A stretch of DNA of 63,692 nt, the filler included, from an uncultured Gemmatimonadota bacterium (GTDB taxonomy: Bacteria; Blakebacterota; Blakebacteria; Blakebacterales; Blakebacteraceae), in NCBI GenBank assembly GCA_964576115.1. It is 12 parts of 12 records of this genome, joined end to end, with 100 filler letters (N's around TTAATTAATTAA, not from the genome) between each part and the next. Parts side by side here need not be neighbours in the genome. Positions count along the whole stretch, not along the records: positions 55,941 to 59,916 come from CAZNUA010000111.1; positions 60,017 to 63,692 come from CAZNUA010000113.1; 10 more parts are not named here. One strand, 5' to 3'. Under the pieces are notes generated by a model. That model ran no database searches. It was not told the DNA's origin and saw nothing but the letters and a program-made list of their open reading frames with translations. Position numbers and translations under genes: made by a program. Shown here piece by piece: positions 56,701-63,692 of the stretch. Positions within the stretch are counted from its first letter, which is position 1; each line of letters opens with the position of its first letter.

Positions 56701-59427
56701 CTATTCCTGCCGCAGGACCTCCATCGGATCGGTCGTGGTCGCCTTCCGGGCAGGCAGGTAGGAAGCGGTCAGCGCCACGGCTGTCATGATCAGGGAGACC
56801 AGCACGAATGTCACCGGGTCGGTCACTGTAATGCCGAAGACCATGCTTTCGAGAAAATCAGTGAGAAACCAGGCGCCGGCTGCTCCGACGAGCACTCCGA
56901 TGACGGTGATTATCAAAGTCCGTTTCTGGACCAGGCGGATCAACCGGGAACGATCGGCCCCCAGGGCGGTCCGGATACCCAGTTCGCGCCGCTGTCGCCC
57001 GACACTGTAGAGCACGGCGGCATAGACTCCCCCGGCCGACAGCAGCAGAGCGGTGATGGCGAAGGTGAGGAAGAGGGTCGAGAAGAATCTGGGAACGGCC
57101 AGTGATTCCGCGATCTGATCTTCCAGGAGATAGATGTTATCCAACGGCATATCGGGATCTTCCGACCAGATCGTTTCCCGGATGGCGTCGATCACTGCCG
57201 CTGGATTTCCGTTGACCTTAATCAGCAGTGAGGCGAGCGGATTTTCCGGGCCGTACTGCTCCCAGAGGGGGAAAACGGTCTTTTCGGAACTCTGATCGAG
57301 ACCCCAGCCGTGCAGTCCCGACACAATGCCGATGATCCTGAGTTCGGTCTCGGGCACATCCTGTCGCCAATCACATCCCCAGATGGTCTGCCCCAGGGCA
57401 TCCCGCCCCGGGCAGATCTCGGCGGCGAACGTTTCGGACACGATGACCGGGACCGGCCAGGCGGTCTTATCACCGGGTTGAAAAGTGCGTCCCCGCAGGT
57501 CGGCGCCCAGGAGCGTGAAATAGTCCGCAGTGGCCGGATGCACCATGGTCCAGATCTCGCGGTCCTCGCGCTCGGGTGTCTTCCAGTCCCACCTCAGCCA
57601 GCCCCTCCGCCGCCTGCCCCAACTCTGGAAGGGGACGGTGATGCCGGTCGCGACCCCGGCAATCTCCGGCAGGCTCTCAAGTCGCTGGTCGAGTCTCTGG
57701 ACCAGCTCCAGGCGTCTCTCGGGGGGATAGGCCAGCCCGTTGATATTCAGCTCGACCCCGACCAGGCCATCAGGATCAAAACCGGGATGTACGGCCTGCA
57801 GACGCAGGAAACTGTTGAAGAGCAGGCCGGCCCCGGTGAGCAGGATGAGGGCCAGGGCGATCTCGGCTCCGACCAGGAGCGTGCGCAGGCGGTCGCGATC
57901 TTTCGTTGAACCGGTGCGCAGGCTGTCGTTCATCATGCCGGAGATATCGAGTCGGGCGGCCCGGAGAGCCGGCACGAGCCCGAAGAGCAGACCTGTTACG
58001 AGCGAGATCGCGAGCGCAAAGAGCAGAACCCGCCAGTCGACGGCGATCCGTTCGATGAGAGGGATGTTGCCGGGGTTGAGGATTTCGAAGGCCCGCACGC
58101 CGGCAAACGCAAGGATGACCCCGAAGATCCCCCCGCACAGAGCGAGGGTAGCGCTTTCGGTGAGCAGCTGGGCAGCGATCCGTCCGCGTGACGCTCCCAT
58201 GGCCGCCCGAACTCCGACCTCGCCGATCCGGTCGAGTCCCCGGGCCAGGAAGATGTTGGCAATGTTGGCGGCCGCGATCCCGAGCAGCAGGATGACCGCA
58301 CCCAACAGAAGAAGTAGGGCGGTGCGGGTATCACCCGTCATGGCGACCTGCAGGCTCGACAGCGTGACGTAGCGGGGACCGTCCTCGGGATCTGCATGCA
58401 CGGCTGGTTTTTCTACCGCCAGAACATCGATGATGCGATTGAGTTCGATCTGGGCGGCCGGAATCGTCAGTTCCGGCTTGATCCTGCCATAGACCGCCAG
58501 AATGAGGACGCCGGGATCCCAGAGCGCCCCCCAGCGGGGATCCATGGCCAGCCACACATCTGTTTCCCTGCCGGTCAATCCCTGGGGTGAAGTGAATGAG
58601 GGATCGAGGACTCCCACAATCTCCCGGTCGATACCGTTAAGGGTGATCACGTGACCGATGATGTCGGGATCGGATCCGAACAATCGTTGCCAGGTACCGT
58701 ATCCCAGGACCGCCCGGGTCGGCGGACCGGCGAAATCTTCCGGCAGGAAAAGGCGTCCCAGGGCAGTCCGGGCGCCGAAGATCTCGAAGAAATCGGGGGT
58801 CATGAGACCGGCCGATAACTCGGCCGGTCGATCGCCGCCGATACAGACGATCTCGTTCGTCCACACTCCCGCCAGATACTCGAACGACGTACTCTGTTCT
58901 TTCCAGTCCACGAAGCGGGGTGGGGAGAAGGCCGGATTCTGGAAGAACGCGATCCGCTCAGGTTCATCGTACGGAAGTTGTTTGAGCAGAACCGCGTCCA
59001 CGACGCTGAAGATCGTGGTGGTCGCTCCGATTCCCAGACCGAGGATCAGGACCGTGGTGATCCAGAAGACCGGCTGGGTTCGCACGCTCCGGAAAGTGTG
59101 GCGGACATCCTGCAGCAGGTCGGCCAGCACCGAGGCGATTCGGCCTCGCCGGCGGAGTTTCTCTTCTGAGGCTTCCATCATGACGTCTGCCACAGGGCGC
59201 CGGTTGGAGTGCTCGGCCCGGCTCAGCAGGCGGGAGAACAACTCCCAGTCGGGTACCTGGGAGCGGGTCCATTCCTCGGCTTCTTCCGGCGGGAGACCCC
59301 GTTCCAGGGCTTCGCTGTAGATGTCCTCGAGCTGCAGGGCCAGCTCTTCGGCGATGCGCTCTTCTCTCAAGCCCTCGAGGTCGTTCAGGGTGAGATTGGC
59401 GAGGATGAACTCTTTCCAGTCAGGCAT
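56701..59427 (-). CDS. Duplicated orphan ABC permease (ADOP) with prefix-domain-1-like N-terminus
   Basis: EERIAEELALQLEDIYSEALERGLPPEEA; LGLGIGATTTIFSVV; IAAANIANI; ELGIRTALGA; DPMEVLRQE. Confidence 0.95.
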   Translation of the reverse strand: MPDWKEFILANLTLNDLEGLREERIAEELALQLEDIYSEALERGLPPEEAEEWTRSQVPDWELFSRLLSRAEHSNRRPVADVMMEASEEKLRRRGRIASVLADLLQDVRHTFRSVRTQPVFWITTVLILGLGIGATTTIFSVVDAVLLKQLPYDEPERIAFFQNPAFSPPRFVDWKEQSTSFEYLAGVWTNEIVCIGGDRPAELSAGLMTPDFFEIFGARTALGRLFLPEDFAGPPTRAVLGYGTWQRLFGSDPDIIGHVITLNGIDREIVGVLDPSFTSPQGLTGRETDVWLAMDPRWGALWDPGVLILAVYGRIKPELTIPAAQIELNRIIDVLAVEKPAVHADPEDGPRYVTLSSLQVAMTGDTRTALLLLLGAVILLLGIAAANIANIFLARGLDRIGEVGVRAAMGASRGRIAAQLLTESATLALCGGIFGVILAFAGVRAFEILNPGNIPLIERIAVDWRVLLFALAISLVTGLLFGLVPALRAARLDISGMMNDSLRTGSTKDRDRLRTLLVGAEIALALILLTGAGLLFNSFLRLQAVHPGFDPDGLVGVELNINGLAYPPERRLELVQRLDQRLESLPEIAGVATGITVPFQSWGRRRRGWLRWDWKTPEREDREIWTMVHPATADYFTLLGADLRGRTFQPGDKTAWPVPVIVSETFAAEICPGRDALGQTIWGCDWRQDVPETELRIIGIVSGLHGWGLDQSSEKTVFPLWEQYGPENPLASLLIKVNGNPAAVIDAIRETIWSEDPDMPLDNIYLLEDQIAESLAVPRFFSTLFLTFAITALLLSAGGVYAAVLYSVGRQRRELGIRTALGADRSRLIRLVQKRTLIITVIGVLVGAAGAWFLTDFLESMVFGITVTDPVTFVLVSLIMTAVALTASYLPARKATTTDPMEVLRQE

Positions 59428-59752
59428 GACTGGCTCCGATCACCTCGTTCACCGCGGCGGTGAAGGCCTGCCACTTCTTCCTCTCCCTGGTCAGGATCTT
59501 TTCGCCTTCAGCCGTGAGACTGTAGTAACAGCGCCGGCGCACACCCTCCTTCTCGACCCAGCGTCCCGTGATCCAGCCGCGGTTCTCCATGCGGTAGAGC
59601 ACCGGGTAGAGAGAAGTGACGTGAAACTGGATCTGGCCGCCCGACCGGATCTCGATATGCTTGCCGATGTCATAGCCGTGCCGGGGCTCGTCTTCGATCA
59701 CGCTCAGGACCATCAGCTCCACGCTGCCCTTTTTCAGTTCCGGTGAGAACAT
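59420..59752 (-). CDS. PadR-family transcriptional regulator
   Basis: GGGAG RBS; ELKKGSVELMVLSV..HGYDIGK..SLYPVLYRMENRGWI..RRRCYYSLT..W. Overlaps the permease start by 8 bp. Confidence 0.95.
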   Translation of the reverse strand: MFSPELKKGSVELMVLSVIEDEPRHGYDIGKHIEIRSGGQIQFHVTSLYPVLYRMENRGWITGRWVEKEGVRRRCYYSLTAEGEKILTRERKKWQAFTAAVNEVIGASHA

Positions 59753-59861
59753 GTCCGACTCCCTGTCAGTCGATTGCGCTCCAGATATCATATTCCGGTG
59801 ATCTTGCACCGGAGGTCCCAGGTCGCCATTCCCTTGCACTGCCGACGGTGTCATGACGGTC

Positions 59862-59916
59862 TTGCTTGCCGTCGGCAAATATTTGATGACGGCAAATGTT
59901 AGTCGACGCCAAATAT
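59862..59916. repeat. Reverse-complement copy of 7128-7182 at the contig end
   Basis: TTGCTTGCCGTCGGCAAATATTTGATGACGGCAAATGTTAGTCGACGCCAAATAT, 55/55 match. Confidence 0.92.
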
Positions 59917-60025
59917 NNNNNNNNNNNNNNNNNNNNNNNNNNNNNNNNNNNNNNNNNNNNTTAATTAATTAANNNNNNNNNNNNNNNNNNNNNNNNNNNN
60001 NNNNNNNNNNNNNNNNGCCGACACC

Positions 60026-62731
60026 TCACTCCACCCGAAGCGCTTCCACCGGGTTCACCTTCATGGCCCGCCGGGCCGGAATGATGCCGACCCCGATGCC
60101 GGTGACGATCAGGAGCACCGAAACCGCCAGGAACATGACGGGATCGGTCCCCTCCGTTTCGAAGAGAAGGGGCTGAACGGTCCGGACGAATACCAGAGCG
60201 ATGGCGATACCCGCAGCGACGCCCGCGAGAAGGAGGCGCAGCCCTCTGGCCAGGATGCCTGTCATGATTCTGCCGGTTTCCGCGCCGAGAGCCAGGCGAA
60301 TGCCGATCTCACCTCTTCGCTGTGACACGGCCTGAGCCAGCAGACCGAAGATACCCACCACTGCGAGCAAGGTGGAAAAAAGAGCGAAGGCACCCAGGGT
60401 AATAGTGAGCGTGCGGGGAGTAGCCACCGTTCGGCTGATATCGGCTTCCAGGGGGCGTATGCCGGCGATGGGGATGCCCGGATCGACCGACCGGATGGCA
60501 TCGCGTATGGCACCGATGATGCTGATCGGATCGACAGCAGTCTTGACGATGAAACGATGGTAGGAGGCTCCCGAAAGGGGCAGGTAGACGGCGGGTGGCG
60601 GTTCTGTCTGGAGTCTGCTCCGCGTATCACCCACCACTCCCACCACCCTCAGCCAGGGCGAACTGCTCCCTTTGCCGCCAAGCCTCATCCGCTGCCCCTG
60701 GGGATCCTCCCCGGGCCAGAAAGCCCGGGTCATCGCCTCGTTTACAATCACAACAGGGAGATCGGTTTCGATTTCATCATCTGTAAAGGTGCGGCCGGCC
60801 AGGAGCGGGATCCCCAGGGTTGCGAAGTACGAGGGAGATACCGATTGATTATCGATGGGGGTTTCCACCAGGCCCGACCGGGTTTCCATGGTGCTGCGAT
60901 CTGAAGACATGCCCCTGAAGGGACCAAAACTGGCGGCGGATAAGGCGGTCACTCCCGGCACGGATGCCAGTGCCTCGGAGATTCCCGCGTATGCCTGACT
61001 TCTGGTTTCATCGGATGCATAGCGGGCCCCCCGCATATCGAGACTCACCGTCAGGACTCCCTCCGCGATGAATCCTTTGTCCACGGTCATGAGCCGAGTA
61101 AAGCTCGTGGTGAGAAGTCCTGCTCCCACCAGGAGCACGAAAGTCAGAGCAATCTCGGAAACGAGGAGAAAGGTATGGGCCCGGTTCCGGCGTCTGCTGC
61201 CCATGGCGCCCAGGGCCGTGTCTTTGAGAACCGTCGTGAGCTTCATGCCCGAACTCGCCAGCCCGGGCAGCAGACTCACCACGATTCCGGTGATGACGGA
61301 AAGAACGATTGAGAAGATAAGTACTCCCGGATCCAGGGAGATTTCATCCAACCGTGGCGTATCGGGGGGGAGAAGGTGCAGGAAGGGACCGAGGGAAACC
61401 GCGGCCAGGACCAGGCCCAACCCTCCACCCAGAACCGACAGGGCAATACCTTCGGTGAGAAGTTGGCCCATCAGGCGCCTTCGTCCCGCCCCCAGAGAGA
61501 GACGCACGGCCAGCTCCCGGCGACGTTCCGACGCCCTGAGAAGAAGGAGGCTGGCGATGTTGGCGCACGCGATGAGCAGAACGATCCCTACGGCGTTCAG
61601 GAGCAGCACGAGGGCGGACCGGACGTCGCCGACCACCTCGTCATGGAGGAAGGTGAGGTTGATCCCGTAATCTCTTCCCGGTATGGGGTGCACCTCTTTG
61701 AGATGTTCCGCCAGGGCCTCCATTTCACGCTGGGCGACATCCAGTGAGATCCCGGGCCGGAGACGGGCGATCGGGGTAAAGGTGTTGCTGTTCCGGTGCA
61801 TCTCTCGGTACGCGTCGGAGAAGGTTGCCCATAATCGCCCGGCGGCCGGGAAGTAGAATCCCCGGGGCATGACGCCCGTGATGGTAAAGGGCTGCTCGTT
61901 CAGAATCATTGTCCGGCCGAGAATGTCGGGATCGGATCCGTAGCGTTCCTGCCAGAGCCCGTAGCTCAGAACCACCAGCCGGGGCCCGCCGATCCTGTCC
62001 TCTTCGGGAAGGAAAGTCCGCCCCAGAAGAGGCTCCACCCCGAGAGCCCGGAACACCCCGAAAGTGGCTCGGGTGCCCCGAATCCGTTCCGCCTGTTCGC
62101 TCCCTTCGGCGATGAACACTGTCTCCAGGTGTATGCCTACGTCCTCGAACACCGGGCTCTGCTCGAGCCAGTCTTCATAGACCGGATAGGAGACGGTGAA
62201 GCGATCCCATCGTGCCCGCAGGGTCGCATTGTCGCCGTCGCGCCAGTGGGGGTGGGTCTGCCAGGGGATGGTGAGGCGGTCGGGTTCGGCATAAGGAAGA
62301 GGTTGGAGAAGAACCCCGTTCACCAGGCTGAAGACCAGCGTACTCGTGCCGATTCCCAGCGCGAACACGATGAATATCACCGTGTAGAATCCGGGTTTGC
62401 GGGACCATGACCGGAAGGTGTATCGCAGATCCCGCATGACCGCTCTCATATGCTCCTCCCAGCGTTCATATCCCGACAGGGGCGCCTGGGCCCTTTCCCG
62501 ACGGTATTCCCGCCGGTCGCGGGATCGCACCCGCCGGTCGGTCACCCGTACGGCCCAGGCGATGCGGATCACCGTGAGATACAACCGGACGTTTCCCGCC
62601 ACGCCTCGGGGGCGGGGTTGCAGCGAGCATCCGAGACGCTCTTCCAGATCGCCCAGCGCCTGTTCCCGGTATGATCGTGGAATGAGAAGAACGAGGATCT
62701 GCGGAATCATGGAGTTGTTCGATTTCGCCAT
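60026..62731 (-). CDS. Duplicated orphan ABC permease (ADOP) with prefix-domain-2-like N-terminus
   Basis: LLIPRSYREQALGDLEE; ALGIGTSTLVFSLV; LLIACANIASL; RELAVRLSLGAGR; EIGIRLALGA; NPVEALRVE. Confidence 0.95.
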   Translation of the reverse strand: MAKSNNSMIPQILVLLIPRSYREQALGDLEERLGCSLQPRPRGVAGNVRLYLTVIRIAWAVRVTDRRVRSRDRREYRRERAQAPLSGYERWEEHMRAVMRDLRYTFRSWSRKPGFYTVIFIVFALGIGTSTLVFSLVNGVLLQPLPYAEPDRLTIPWQTHPHWRDGDNATLRARWDRFTVSYPVYEDWLEQSPVFEDVGIHLETVFIAEGSEQAERIRGTRATFGVFRALGVEPLLGRTFLPEEDRIGGPRLVVLSYGLWQERYGSDPDILGRTMILNEQPFTITGVMPRGFYFPAAGRLWATFSDAYREMHRNSNTFTPIARLRPGISLDVAQREMEALAEHLKEVHPIPGRDYGINLTFLHDEVVGDVRSALVLLLNAVGIVLLIACANIASLLLLRASERRRELAVRLSLGAGRRRLMGQLLTEGIALSVLGGGLGLVLAAVSLGPFLHLLPPDTPRLDEISLDPGVLIFSIVLSVITGIVVSLLPGLASSGMKLTTVLKDTALGAMGSRRRNRAHTFLLVSEIALTFVLLVGAGLLTTSFTRLMTVDKGFIAEGVLTVSLDMRGARYASDETRSQAYAGISEALASVPGVTALSAASFGPFRGMSSDRSTMETRSGLVETPIDNQSVSPSYFATLGIPLLAGRTFTDDEIETDLPVVIVNEAMTRAFWPGEDPQGQRMRLGGKGSSSPWLRVVGVVGDTRSRLQTEPPPAVYLPLSGASYHRFIVKTAVDPISIIGAIRDAIRSVDPGIPIAGIRPLEADISRTVATPRTLTITLGAFALFSTLLAVVGIFGLLAQAVSQRRGEIGIRLALGAETGRIMTGILARGLRLLLAGVAAGIAIALVFVRTVQPLLFETEGTDPVMFLAVSVLLIVTGIGVGIIPARRAMKVNPVEALRVE

Positions 62732-62737
62732 GGTTCG

Positions 62738-63073
62738 TCAGACCTTCTCGTCCAGAAGATCCTCGAGGCCGTGCGACATCTCCCGGAAGAGCGCCCGTGT
62801 CGAGCGAAGGCGCTCCAGCCCTGCCGGCTCGATCGTGAAATACCGTTTCGCCCGGCCGCCCCGTTCGTGCGTGACCTCACCGATTTCGGAGCTGACCAGT
62901 CCTTTGCGCTCCAGACGATCGAGTGTCGGGTAGATCGAACCGGGGTTCATGCTGCGACCTGTCCGTTGATCGATATCCTGAAGAATGGGAACACCGTAGG
63001 CCTCGGATCCCAGGCGCAGAATGGCGAGCAGGATCAAGTGCTCCAGCTCGCCCAGCGTATCATGTCGTGACAT
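62738..63073 (-). CDS. PadR-family transcriptional regulator
   Basis: LGELEHLILLAILRL..AYGVPI..GSIYPTLDRLERKGLV..ERGGRAKRYF. Ends 6 bp before the permease start. Confidence 0.95.
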   Translation of the reverse strand: MSRHDTLGELEHLILLAILRLGSEAYGVPILQDIDQRTGRSMNPGSIYPTLDRLERKGLVSSEIGEVTHERGGRAKRYFTIEPAGLERLRSTRALFREMSHGLEDLLDEKV

Positions 63074-63287
63074 AGCGGCAATCCATTTCTTTGTGTGGTT
63101 CAATGATATTAGACGGCGCAATCCCGGAAAAGGTTGCAATGCAGAGTTCGACTATTCCCAGGAATGACGGAACCCGGTTCGGCTTCTTCATATCTTGCCC
63201 ATCAATCTTCAGCGTCGATACGAAGCATGAGAGATTATCGAAGTACTCTGGTAACGACTCAGTAACGCGTACTTTTCCTCACCGCGA

Positions 63288-63692
63288 TCACGGTAACCCG
63301 ACTTCCTTGCAGAAAGTGACGAACGGCAGGATCCTCGTGCCGGCCATCGCGTTGCCAAAGTCCCTGCTGCCCAGGTGCACCTGGTAGAATAACGGAATGT
63401 CTGTCCGCTCCCTGAAGTAGTTGCAGGCAGGAGCAGCGCTTCTCTCGCCGCTCTTGCACTCGACGGCGAACTCGGGGCGGCCGTCACGAAGAACAACGAA
63501 ATCAACCTCGCGCTTGTCCGTATCGCGGATGAAGCGCAGCTCCATTGCGTGTCCTTCCGTATCTTCGACGTAGTGGCAGTATTTGAGCAGATGGCCCGCC
63601 ACCATGTTTTCGAATCGCGGACCGGGTTCCTCGACTCGCGACCAGTCCCAGAAATAGAGCTTCTTCTCCTTGCGGACAGCTCGAATATTCTT
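63288..63692 (-). CDS. AAA+ ATPase with DUF4143 domain, C-terminal part (5' end outside window)
   Basis: Manual extension: RAVRKEKKLYFWDWS..FENMVAGHLLK..LRFIRDTDKREVDFVV..AVECKSG (EVD..ExK motif). Confidence 0.88.
   Translation of the reverse strand, partial: KNIRAVRKEKKLYFWDWSRVEEPGPRFENMVAGHLLKYCHYVEDTEGHAMELRFIRDTDKREVDFVVLRDGRPEFAVECKSGERSAAPACNYFRERTDIPLFYQVHLGSRDFGNAMAGTRILPFVTFCKEVGLP

Noticed and set aside
63288-63692. AAA-DUF4143 gene as an anti-phage system
   Set aside because: Only the C-terminal fragment is visible. The family is widespread and no defence context is in the window.

Overview
This is not one locus. It is 12 short contigs from a GC-rich bacterial bin, sorted by decreasing length and joined by N44-TTAATTAATTAA-N44 linkers. 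Contigs: 1-7182, 7283-14276, 14377-20370, 20471-26427, 26528-32416, 32517-37484, 37585-42334, 42435-47167, 47268-51550, 51651-55840, 55941-59916, 60017-end. Two further 100-N scaffold gaps lie inside contigs (27693-27792, 53271-53370). Gene content (Por/T9SS-type C-terminal sorting domains, PadR + duplicated orphan MacB/FtsX permeases, 6-bladed propeller proteins, secreted peptidases and amidohydrolases, a GH95) suggests an FCB-group heterotroph such as Gemmatimonadota or Latescibacterota (inference). Recognisable housekeeping and metabolic genes are ispH, yjbQ, dusB, larB, larC, tRNA-Ser(TGA), an ECF sigma/anti-sigma pair, a ROK kinase with an MFS transporter, and a glucosylglycerate-synthase-like GT2. 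Most notable: (1) a family of giant secreted proteins built from a ~470-490 aa super-repeat in which a whole six-bladed Kelch propeller is inserted inside a split Ig-like domain, with one C-terminal fragment ending in dockerin + cohesin + T9SS CTD; (2) a divergent twin-nucleotidyltransferase (GlnE/GlnD-like) gene 5 bp downstream of a probable 2-oxoacid:ferredoxin oxidoreductase gamma subunit; (3) three PadR-permease pairs in which each PadR subtype is matched to a different N-terminal permease prefix domain; (4) an exact 55-bp reverse-complement overlap between the ends of contigs 1 and 11, made of 17-bp palindromic repeats. All family calls come from motif recognition by eye; no database searches were run.
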